A stretch of 64,000 bases of DNA, taken from the NCBI RefSeq assembly GCF_040938485.1, contig NW_027272560.1, forward strand, positions 62,001 to 126,000. Direction: 5' to 3'. Position numbers and translations under genes: made by a program. Numbering within the stretch: the stretch's first letter is position 1; each line of letters begins with the position of its first letter. This DNA is from Diadema antillarum. Lineage: Eukaryota. Below, one piece after another: positions 10,821-21,475 of this stretch. Under the pieces are notes generated by a model. It made no database searches and was not told where the DNA came from. It saw only the letters and a list, made by a program, of their open reading frames with translations.

Positions 10821-12164
10821 ATGGGGTCAGAGGGAACTTCAGTTGCAACAAGCACGTTGTCGATGCCAACAGGCCCCCAGTTGTTCGAGTTCAACGACTA
10901 CACCCAGCGAATCATCATCGCGGTCGTTGTTGGTGTGGTATTCCTTCTCGGCACCTCGGGCAACGGTCTCGTCATCCTCGCCGTCCTGCTCTCCAGAAAG
11001 TTGCAATCGTCGACCAACTGGTTCGTCGTCAACCTCGCTTGCGCAGACCTGTTCACATGCCTCTGCTTGCCTTTCAACATAGTGGCCTTGCTGAGCCGCG
11101 ACGGATGGCCACTTCCCGACTGGATATGCGCCGCAGCTTCGGCCGTGACTCTTACGTGCCTCGGCGCTAGCGTTATGACCCTGGCGTTAATTGCCTACAA
11201 TCGATGGTATCTTCTCACGCAACCAGCGGCAAAGTTCCAGAAACTGTACACAAAGGGCAAGATAATTGTGATGGTGATCGCTGCATGGATGTACCCCTTT
11301 CTTCTCGTGATAGTTCCGCATTTTGCTGGGCTCGGAAAGCTTGGTTACTCTAATGAGTACAAAACATGCACACAGGATACATCCTTGCCTACATCAGAGT
11401 TCTACAGCCTGCTAGCCGGTGTTATGGCCATCATACCCGTATTCCTCGCCGTGGTGATCATCTACGTAAGAATCTACCGCTTCGTCACGAAGCAGATGAA
11501 ACACATGGCTACGTTGAGGGAGACTGGTCCCGCGAGTTCGGGGACGCGGTCGGCTGTTGCTGTGGAAATGAATTCCTCAGAAGTTACTTCAGACGATGCA
11601 AGTACGACGACGACAACCAAAGCACCCTCAAGTAAAAGTCTCGCCACACTGAATAGCGATCTCGACTCTTCTCAACTCAGCCTTCCTCCACCACCAGATG
11701 AAACTCTGAACGAGGCAGCTGTGGAACCGAGGCCAGATGATACCAACGGTCCTGATCAAAGCTCAAGGAGAAGTACTGAAGGGAATTCTAACCCTTCAAA
11801 CTCCGCGGCAGCCGATCAGACGCCGCCACCCAAACAGGATAAGCGATCGTCAGTAGGAAATCCGAAGGCGTCAAGCAAACCAGCATCCTCTAAACTAGAT
11901 CGTCACCATGTCCGTGTAACCAAGAGACTTGCAGTCGTTGTAGTTGCCTTCTTCATCTGCCTATTACCTTTCGGGGTTAGCGTCGCTGTTCCGCCGAGCG
12001 ACCCAGGAATTCCCTGGACAGGTCTGCTTGTTTCGTTTAACAGCTGCATCAATCCCATGATATACGCAAGGACCATGCCCGATTTTCGAAAAGTGATGGG
12101 GTGCATCGTTCGCTGCTCCTGTAGGAGTATTCCTCAACCTGTAAGCTGCATAAGACGGCATTAG
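10821..12164 (+). CDS. Orphan class A (rhodopsin-like) GPCR 'A1', 447 aa, single coding exon, GPR84/Tre1/Moody-like
   Basis: Seven hydrophobic segments with class A landmarks: TM1 GTSGN, TM2 NLACAD, TM3 C103 plus NRW at the DRY position, TM4 W156, ECL2 C183, TM5 P206, TM6 FFICLLP, TM7 NPMIY. ~140 aa Ser/Thr-rich ICL3. No Asp3.32 (not aminergic) and no Lys7.43 (not opsin). Family assignment is from recalled similarity, not a search. Confidence 0.95.
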   Translation: MGSEGTSVATSTLSMPTGPQLFEFNDYTQRIIIAVVVGVVFLLGTSGNGLVILAVLLSRKLQSSTNWFVVNLACADLFTCLCLPFNIVALLSRDGWPLPDWICAAASAVTLTCLGASVMTLALIAYNRWYLLTQPAAKFQKLYTKGKIIVMVIAAWMYPFLLVIVPHFAGLGKLGYSNEYKTCTQDTSLPTSEFYSLLAGVMAIIPVFLAVVIIYVRIYRFVTKQMKHMATLRETGPASSGTRSAVAVEMNSSEVTSDDASTTTTTKAPSSKSLATLNSDLDSSQLSLPPPPDETLNEAAVEPRPDDTNGPDQSSRRSTEGNSNPSNSAAADQTPPPKQDKRSSVGNPKASSKPASSKLDRHHVRVTKRLAVVVVAFFICLLPFGVSVAVPPSDPGIPWTGLLVSFNSCINPMIYARTMPDFRKVMGCIVRCSCRSIPQPVSCIRRH

Positions 12165-13042
12165 CATCGAACTTTAGTGCTAGAAACGTTCACTGTTCAC
12201 GAAAGAGGGCAAGACGACGCCTGATATTTCTTACATATTTTTCGAGTCTTCTCGTGCGACATTGATAAATCTAGAAATGCCTATCATACGCTTACATAAT
12301 ACTTGTCACACTCACATCGATTCAGAAGATAACTGATTTTATGCGGAGTATTAGATCAAGGTTATATCAACAGAAACAAAGAAATATTACTTTACAATAC
12401 ATCTTTGGTGAATGCAGTTTGTTTGGTGTTATGTACACGTGGTATTTACATGTACACATGTATAATAAGATCAGAGAATCTGGAACATGGTAAACATTTT
12501 ATCATCATACATCGTGTATATTCCATATATATCACAGGCTGTAGTACACGTTATACCAATAAAACCTCTATCTTTGAAGTGAGATCAATGCATTTACGTC
12601 GTTAGAACGCGTCAACCTGAAAGAAATGTCACTCAATTGTAAATACAAAAATTGCATGAGACCTTTATGAAGGCTTTATATGATCAAGTTCTGGAACAGA
12701 ACAATGCTATATATCTCTTGGTGTCTAGACTGGATGTTTTTCATTCCCTTTTAATTCAACTGCTATAGGAAAAGTAAATGGTTCATGTTGTGATAAATTA
12801 TATTCTTAGCACATAATGTACATTAAACGCAGTGCCGTATTGATTATCTTCATACACGGTACTGATTTTCAAAAAGTAGGGACTATAATTAAATGCGCAC
12901 AAGCACGCCCTCATTAATATGCACGAATGAAAATACGTAGACTTTGTCATCATCACAAACAAGGTAGAAAACCCATGATAACCTTTCTCATAGCAAAATA
13001 TCTATTTAGAGATAGTTGGCTAGCAAGTCCACGGTTGCACGT

Positions 13043-13288
13043 CACGAGACCGACACCCACGAGTCATACAGCCCATGAGTTCGTCACTAAGCAAATAAGG
13101 CCCGTGAGTTCGACAGTAGGTAAAAGCATCTCACGAGTTCGACATTACAACACGGGACTTAATGTGTCGGTCTCGTGGACCTTGTTTGCTTAGTGTTGAA
13201 CTCATGGGCTGTAGGACTCGTGGGCTGTATACCTCGTGGGTTGTATGACTCATGATAGGCTGTATGACTCGTGGGTGTCGGTCTCGTG
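13043..13288. mobile_element. Foldback element with CACGAGACCGACACCC TIRs, ~15-bp internal subrepeats and ACGT flanks (unit 1 copy)
   Basis: Long inverted arms; ACGT at 13039-13042 and 13289-13292; present in both units. Confidence 0.75.
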
Positions 13289-15229
13289 ACGTCTCGTAGA
13301 ATGACTCCCTTAGAATTACCGATAAGAAAGCACTTTTTCTTTTGTGTATGAGTTATGCAAAGTGTATTAAAGAATATCAAATTATAAGTGAATGTCACCT
13401 GACTTGCTTACGTGAATCACCTATGTCCATATTTGGCCTTGTTTGGTCTGTTTGTTTGCATGTTATCCAGAACCTCTATGACTCGAATAGAATGAAAGCT
13501 GCTTGACCGTCGTTAATGAGAAAAAGTTTGGAGAGAATTTCGCAAGGAAAACGACGCTGTGGCACAGCGTGGCTTCCGGATAGGATCTCTGTAGACTCTG
13601 TGCATGGACCGTAATGACGCTCTCTTAATTCCTGCACTTTTCCGTCGAGTTCGTTGTGACGTAAACAGCAGGGAATAGCCAGGGGATTTTTTTTTTCAAA
13701 CTTCCTTGTCTGTCTGATGAGAAAGCTCATAAAAGAATATTTCCAACTCGAGGGATAACATTTGAAAATTCGATGGACCCTATACTGACAACTAGCAGTT
13801 GGCCCGACATTTGGTGATCTATAAGGTAGGTTAGGATTTATAATGTTACCTCATAGCGAGTTCATTTCTGTCTTCGTACGACGTGGATGAGCATGACGAG
13901 TGACCAGTGAAGTAAACCTGTACACTTTCCGGGCTCATATAATATCTCTCTCTAAGTTGTCATGTCAGGGGTAGACTCTTCCACCTATCATTATCGTAGA
14001 CTTTGGGTTAACTTACAGCTTATTTCAATCCGTTGGATAATGAACACGTCAACTGACTATGTTCTTTTTATTTCCTTCCGTACTGTGAAGTCCGTCAAAA
14101 TCTTCAGAATCGTAAATGATCCTTAGGACGGGACCATGTTCTGCATAATTATGTCATTTAGTGTTTTATATCATGATAATGATACATCCATCGTTTAAAC
14201 TTTGAGCGAGATATTGTTGCAATTCAGAAAATGACATGCAGAACATCTCTATGTACCATGTTCGTAAATTACATACACGTTTGTTTGATCGTCATACTAG
14301 TTTGATCGTCTCTCCCACGAGATAAGCTAAAATGTGTTGCATACTTTCCGGTCAAGATTTAGGAGAGTTGAACTATTGCGCAGGAAGAGCTCTTCCGCGT
14401 AAGGAGTTGCTGCAAGTATTAAAGTCGAGGGTGACATGTTCTCATTCAGGATATATTGGATTTTACTGGATATGTGAGAAGGTAATACAGCACTGCTGTA
14501 GCGAGGAATATTCTGTCATGCCGTTAGAGCTAAAGGGACGTTGTGTTTGACACATGCTGGCAGATTTGAAAAGTAACTTTTGCCATATCCTGCTACGTCT
14601 TTATCTACCAGTTTCGTTTGGGTCTGAGTAATCACCACATAGTGGTACGTAACATGTCTCATGTGAGCTTTACATAGGCATATTCTAACACAATGTCATG
14701 GCGGATTATGCTAACGGTACAGAGTTGCTAAATACAAGAAAGACATATGGCAGAACGCGACAAAAACAGAGTTTTAACAGTAAATCAATTACCTCTCTGT
14801 TTTGAATACTGGTGTTGCTTTGATACTATTGCTGGACACAATTATATAATTAGTAAACATTGATCAAACTCTACGTTGTGCGATTGATAATTGCATGAGA
14901 TTACTTGATGTGCAAATCGCAACAATTATTCCAATCAGTATAGGTGTGTAGCTTACAACAATGTACTGTTCTGAACCCTATTGGCAAAATTTTGCATGTT
15001 ATAGCTCTAATAGAATAGTGCTACACCCTTTGAAACATTTCAGTTCAGTTCAGTTTGATTTCATTTCTGTATTTTTCCACGGAAATCATACATGAAAATT
15101 ACGACACGTGTATCTGACAACAACAACAACAACAAAAATATTGCAATTAGTTTCTAGAATCATTTTCCGTTCTAACAAATTTGTATTAATTTCCCCAGCT
15201 TCCCAAATATGGAACTGTCAAAAGGAAAC

Positions 15230-16501
15230 ATGGCAACAAATGAAACCGAAGATAGCAACGGGCTCTTCGTCTTTGATGACTACAACCAACGAATCGTCAT
15301 GGCTGCCTGCATGATCGCCGTCGCCGTCACGGGCACCGTCGGCAACAGCCTCGTCATCCTCGCCGTCGCACTCTCAAGGAAACTCCAGTCGGCGACGAAC
15401 TGTTTCGTCGTCAACCTGGCCTTCGCTGACCTCATCACGTGCCTCTCTCTCCCGTTCGGCACCGTTGCCCTTCTCAGCAAGGGCGGATGGCCACTCCCCG
15501 GATGGATATGCGCGGTTACTGCTGCGATAGGCTTCATCTGCTTGGGCGCGAGCGTCATGACCCTGGCACTTATAGCATACAACAGGTGGTATCTCCTCAC
15601 AAAGCTTAAAAGCGACTTCCAAAGAGTTTATACCAAGAGGAATATCATCCTCATGGTCATCATGGCTTGGCTGTATCCCTTCATCCTGGTAGTCGTGCCA
15701 CACTTTGCTGGTCTAGGAAAGCTTGGCTACTCCAAGGAGTACAAGACGTGCACTCAAGATACTTCTCTTCCCACCTCCGAACTCTACAGCCTCTTTGCGG
15801 GGGTGTTTGCTATCATACCCGTGTTCACAGCTATCGTAATCATCTACATTCGCATATTCAGATTCGTTACTCAGCAGAGCAAGAAGATGTCCGCAGTGAT
15901 GACGGCAACACCGGCATGCTCTAGCAGACCTGTCCATGTGACAATCGAGACGAGCTCGTCAAGCGGAACTCCACTCACAGAGGGTACGTCGACAGGTGAC
16001 TCGAGTAGAGAATGCAAGTCACACTCCGATCAAGCGGAGGCTGACACAGATATCCAACACCATCAAGTTACAACGTGCTCAACGACTGAGGGCGCTTCAA
16101 ATGAGTCAAAGACATCAGTCAATGATATAAGTGGTACAGGAAGAACAACATCCCAGAGAATTCCTGAATCAAAAGGAGGTAAAACCAACACCAAGCAACA
16201 AAGGTCAGTGACAAAGTCTCCTAGACAACTAAATAGGTATCACGTGACAGTAACCAAGAGGTTGTCTGTCGTAGTTCTGGCGTTCTTCGTCTGTCTCCTA
16301 CCCTTCGGCATCAGTGTCTGTATCCCTCCGAGTGATCCCGGCATCCCTTGGACCGGGCTCCTGTTGACAGTCAATAGCTGCGTGAATCCCCTCATCTACG
16401 CACGAACCATGCCCATGTTCAGGGACGTTATGGCCTGCCTCCTCCGCTGTCGGTTCAGGCAGATTCCGGAGCCAGTCGGGTTCATAAGACGTAGGATTTA
16501 A
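15230..16501 (+). CDS. Orphan class A GPCR 'B1', 423 aa from the Met shared with B2 (430 aa if the in-frame ATG at 15209 is used)
   Basis: GTVGN, NLAFAD, C94/NRW, W147, C174, P197, FFVCLLP and NPLIY motifs; N-terminal NET sequon; clear paralogue of A1 outside ICL3. Confidence 0.95.
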   Translation: MATNETEDSNGLFVFDDYNQRIVMAACMIAVAVTGTVGNSLVILAVALSRKLQSATNCFVVNLAFADLITCLSLPFGTVALLSKGGWPLPGWICAVTAAIGFICLGASVMTLALIAYNRWYLLTKLKSDFQRVYTKRNIILMVIMAWLYPFILVVVPHFAGLGKLGYSKEYKTCTQDTSLPTSELYSLFAGVFAIIPVFTAIVIIYIRIFRFVTQQSKKMSAVMTATPACSSRPVHVTIETSSSSGTPLTEGTSTGDSSRECKSHSDQAEADTDIQHHQVTTCSTTEGASNESKTSVNDISGTGRTTSQRIPESKGGKTNTKQQRSVTKSPRQLNRYHVTVTKRLSVVVLAFFVCLLPFGISVCIPPSDPGIPWTGLLLTVNSCVNPLIYARTMPMFRDVMACLLRCRFRQIPEPVGFIRRRI

Positions 16502-17909
16502 GGGTCAGCTTTCGTTTGAGTTTGATTTATTTTCATATTTCTCAAAGATGATTACTTTAACAAAAGACGAAATTGTCGAATCTCTCAAACTGTCAAAAGT
16601 AATACTCAATACAAGTGTCGTAAAATGGTGATATTATGTAGATATTGTAGATGTATAAAAAGAGCAGAGAAGAACATGAAGGAAACCTACGAAAAGCTGA
16701 AGTTTATAGGACTTGCATGTTCAAGAAAATATAAGCTCCTGTCATCAACACCTGGAGATCAGGATTGATAAAAGATTGACCAAACGAATATCTCTATATA
16801 TTATTATACATTCATTGCAAACATCCATATGGATTCATACACGCTCAGCTTAATTTCTATAATCATTTTGGCAGAACCATGAGGTAGAGCAGATAGCTAT
16901 CTTTTCGGCTTTGTATTATAATCTGCTCATTTTTGTGACAAGCATTGTCTTCGTTGTGGCAAAACAGAATAGTGGACTGGAATGCGCATTTTTATGGTAT
17001 AATCGCATACACACATCATGATATTATACACGCATGTGTGTGTGTATATACTGCTATATGCAGTTCATTGAGAGGGAACTTAATTGTCTTTCTGTTTGCA
17101 TGGGATCGCTTCGTCTTTGTTTTAGTTTTTACTTCTCTCATGTGTGTAAGTAGGAGGATCCGCATGGAAACAGATGTAAAGATCCATAGAATGCGATATA
17201 ATGTATTTAGCTGTTCTTTCAACAGCGTTTATTTTGTTCATAAATTTACCGTTTGTATCTATACGGTTGGTTAGAAAACGGCTTCAGAACCGTATTCGCG
17301 GTACACAGATTATAGTATGAATAATATAATGAAAAACGATGTCTATTAATATTCGACTGCCTTCGTGGAGCTTTACCAATGAAATGTTCGCAAGAACGAG
17401 ATGAACTATTTTTTTTGAGGGGAGGGGTAAAATATACAGGTAATATAATGTATTGGGAGGTAGCGATCATCAAAAGCAATATAATTATCTGTTTTGTTGC
17501 AAGATCATTGGAAGGTATACATTTGTTATATATCTGCGAACTTCTCTATTTTTCGTTGTGAGTGCCAGCTGATTTCAAAGTTTGTTCGAATTGCTTATGA
17601 AGTATGACCAAATGGCATTCTTTGTGAAACTTCCATGTTTCCCACTGTGTTGCTCGCACGGTTGTTACCTCAGATTTACAATGTGATCAAATATTGCGCC
17701 TGCTTGGAGTGCGAATTCGTTTCTGCAGTGTGAGCGTCAAATTAAGATATTTCACGCCATTTTCTCACTTTATCTCTTTATGGCAAAATACGGTTCGTGA
17801 ACTCGACGATTGAATATTACCTATATGGTAGTTGTGAGTTGGATATTTGATCATGTGTATGTACTTATAGTACTTATGAATAAACACCAACAGACAGGTT
17901 TACATAGGC

Positions 17910-18037
17910 NNNNNNNNNNNNNNNNNNNNNNNNNNNNNNNNNNNNNNNNNNNNNNNNNNNNNNNNNNNNNNNNNNNNNNNNNNNNNNNNNNNNNNNNNNN
18001 NNNNNNNNNNNNNNNNNNNNNNNNNNNNNNNNNNNNN
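17910..18037. other. Assembly gap (128 N)
   Basis: Run of N; both flanks align to unit 2 either side of 37462-37623. Confidence 1.
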
Positions 18038-19260
18038 TGAAGGGGGAAAGCCTTCTCAATTTTTAGATTTTTGATATTATCTGAAAGAGGATTTTTTTTC
18101 TTCAATATAATTCTAAAATTTGGGATCGTAAAACGAATGGAAAATAATCTTGTTGCATTTTTATACTAGTATTCTGGAACTCTTTGATTCGGTCTGACGT
18201 ATAAGGCTTTCTCAGATTTACGGATTCGGAAGACCAGAGACCCTTCAAACACTTATCACTTTTTACCCTCATGGATTTTGAAAGAATAATGCTATTGCTT
18301 CGTATGTTAGTATCGGTCACGAATATAATGTAGACCTATGTAATGATGTGAAAACTTTCAGTTTAGTGTGATAATCCTTTCATAGTGGTTGCCAGGGAGC
18401 TTTATCCTGTTCTTTGTTTCATTCATTGCATAAAGCACCGCAGGATGATACGCACTTGACTAGACCCTAAACTTCAAGGACTCTTTTTTTCCAGAGCGTG
18501 TACTTATTTGCCATTAATTGCATGGGCTTCGAAAGTCCCTTTGTATTAAAGTATATTTATGTCATTTTATATTTTAGCGTCTGGTCCTCCAGAATCCGCC
18601 CTTACCTGAAAATCCACGTCAGGTGACATTTTGGTGGTTTTAAAGGAATCGTATCGGTTGAGACCTAACTTGAGGTTTGTAACATTTTTGGTGACATTAT
18701 GAGAGATCTTTCATGAAATATTGAAGAACTCAACACTTATTTGATGAAAATTGGTTTTGAAATGGCTGAATTATCCAAATACAGAGCGATCCTAATTATA
18801 AAAGGTGGAACCATCTTATGTTACGATCGCTTTGTTTTGCTGCGTTTTGGATGCCTCAGCCATTCCAACTAACGATTTTCATCAAATAAACTTTGAATTC
18901 CTCTAAGACGTACAGCTACAGCAAATACACCTACCTTCCCGTTGCAAGATTTGTTGCCTATAAAAATACTAGTATACCTACCTGTATTATGATAATACGA
19001 TGGACGTGTGAGTGCATTTTTTTGAGTGCATTAGAAAAGCGCTTTTTATAGCCTGTTTATAACCTCTTTGCCATTTTAGCTGGACAAGAGATGGATTTTA
19101 GATGGACAAGGACAAGAGATAGAGATAGTAAATATATAAACGGTGAAGTCAGTCTTTCTCTGTTTGACAAACCCATGAGCTCCACTGAGATAGCCTATAT
19201 ACATGTCACGATACGACGAAAACAAGACTGGGCAATGATGACGTCACTACTCTGTGTTAA

Positions 19261-19833
19261 CGGACAAGTTCACCTTCATATAAGACATGTGGATTGAGTG
19301 AATGCAGCAATATTACTGGAACACATCAGTGAGGGTTTGAGGAAAATTGGACAACACGTTCAAAAGTTATGAATTTTTGAAGTTTCTGCTCAATCACGGC
19401 TGGATGAGAAGACTACTACACTTCGTGATGTCACATGTGTACATTGAAACGATATAAAGAAAACATAAAGAAGATTCAACATTTTCTTTTTTTCACTTTT
19501 CTCGCATAATGAAAAAACGCTTGACTTCCCTCTTTTAGAAGGCAGGCGGAATAATATTACCCGTTTAACATACGTCAGCGACAAGTCGAGGATTTTTTTA
19601 AGAAATAAAATTTTGTGAAATACTGAGTACTCTTTATATTTTCCTTATATCATTGTACGCATGTGACATCATACAAGTAGTAGTCTTCTCATCCAGCATA
19701 TACTGCGCAGATACTTTAAAGATTCATAACTTTTGAATGGATTGTCCGATTTTCCCCAAGCTTCACTGATGTGTTCTGATTGTTGCATTCACTCAATCCA
19801 CATGAAGGGCCTATATGAAGGTGAAATTGTTCT
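19261..19833. mobile_element. Long-TIR MITE with TTAA TSD (Kolobok-like), unit 1 only
   Basis: TTAA (c)GGACAAGTTCACC...GGTGAAATTGTTCT TTAA with ~200-bp imperfect arms; unit 2 empty site ctgtgTTAAatctccg at ~39722. Confidence 0.85.
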
Positions 19834-21475
19834 TTAAATCTCCGAGTTTGATTATAATGTGAGTAACTTAGTAATTCATTTCCAATCACCAGACTGGTTC
19901 CGACGTGTACAAAGGCGCGAAGATCAAATTTGCAATATACGCTCGGTGGACGAGGAAGTATAAGTATGGATACTGCTCCGAAACCCGCGGGCATGACTTG
20001 TTTGCGTCGACGGCTTGAATTCAATTGGTCGAGACCAAACAAAGTACCTAGATATATATAATTAATGACTCAGAGCTAAGTAAAACACCGATAAGGCCCT
20101 CTTACTTAGTTTCAACATTTATTTTTCAAAGCTTTTGCTAACTTGACTTTTTTTTCCATTAGGCCCTATATAAACATGAGCATGGCCTACTTTTTCTAGA
20201 TCGACTGTGTACGCTTTATTTAAATGATGGGCCTATTTACACAATACAACAAATGTGAGCAAAGCGGTCTTAAAGTGGGTCTGCACTAGAATGAAACATG
20301 TCTAGCGCCATCACAAGGTTCAGTTTTCTCTGTGGTGCCCAGCAGTACTCCCATAATGCCGAGCGGCGTGCAGCAATTAACCCGTTCCATACTGAATTCT
20401 GATATCCCCATAGACTTAACACACAGACCACCAGGTTCCCGTAGGGGATGGCTAAGCATCTCCTTGGGGATGGCTAAGCACCTCCTTGGGTACTATACTG
20501 TACCCAAGGAGGTATACCATGGTACCATTATACGGTGTACGTTGTCACTTATCACTTCGCGATCTGTTCGGTGCTTTCAAACACTGTCTTCAACACTCGT
20601 TTATTCTGATAGTTGTGTCGAACTTCAATCTGCGATTATGTCGCGGATACGACTTGGTAAATGCTGGATCCAGTGGGAGGAGATGCGAGCTGTTTATCGG
20701 CAAGAAATTAACAAGATAAACGTTGCCCTTCACGGCCCATCAAGCCATTCAACACAGGATGACTTTGCTGGGTACAAATTCAGAATCGGCAATATGCACC
20801 TGCCTACTGGCCTAACTAAGTCCTATGTGGTCTGATCCTTCTGGAGATGTGTGTTCGGCAATAGATAAAGAGTAATAAAACTGAATCTCCTATCTCGGTA
20901 TAAAAATACCTAAAACGTTGTTCCTGGTGCGATGCTTTCATAAGTTATTCAACTGAAAACATTTTCTGTGTAAACCTTCAATTTCGCTGGATATAATTTA
21001 CATGGTCCCAAGGACTCCTTCATAATGAGTTTCTATACAAACCTCTCACTTGCTTCTTTCGGACATTTTCTATATCATTTGGTAGCCTTTGCTTCGCAAA
21101 TTTCAAGATGTTTGTTTTTAACAGGGAGATGGAATCAACCTCTCTGGTTTTATGTATATTGCAGAGTTGCCATTTCAAAAATACTTGTCCATTAGATATT
21201 TTATTCTGCGATGAGACTAATTAAGAGCATTTTGCAGATTGGATTTCGACGCTTCATGAAGTAATTTATCATTATCATTATTACTGTATCATTATTATTA
21301 TTATTGTCACTACTATACTACTCCTTCTGCTAATACTATTACTTGTACTACACATACTACTATTCTTATTCTTCTTATTATTATCACCATTACCATCCTC
21401 ATTGTTACTATTATCATTAGCATCATTATTATATGGACCTACTATTTTCAACCACCTACTATCGACAATCTTCAG

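Larger units (their letters stand above)
4069..20277 (+). repeat. Segmental duplication unit 1 (carries GPCR A1 and B1)
   Basis: Collinear with 24267-40829 from the shared start aagcacaagatgagcacgtcagtggagg to the shared end gagcaaagcggtcttaa(a)gtg, apart from TE indels. Confidence 0.9.

Noticed and set aside
10821-10841. N-myristoylation motif MGSEGT in A1, lost by T6I in A2
   Set aside because: A class A GPCR N-terminus is extracellular, so the motif is probably incidental.
10759-12167. Alternative-frame and antisense ORFs overlapping A1, and the equivalent ones over B1, A2 and B2
   Set aside because: Shadow ORFs expected from GC-rich GPCR codon usage; no domain signature; they recur only because the genes are duplicated.
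13043-13288. CRISPR-like repeat array
   Set aside because: Units are contiguous without unique spacers, arranged as inverted arms, in eukaryotic context with no cas genes.
14332-14550. 72-aa ORF present in both units (also 31873-32091)
   Set aside because: Near identity is explained by the duplication; all or most differences alter amino acids; no domain.
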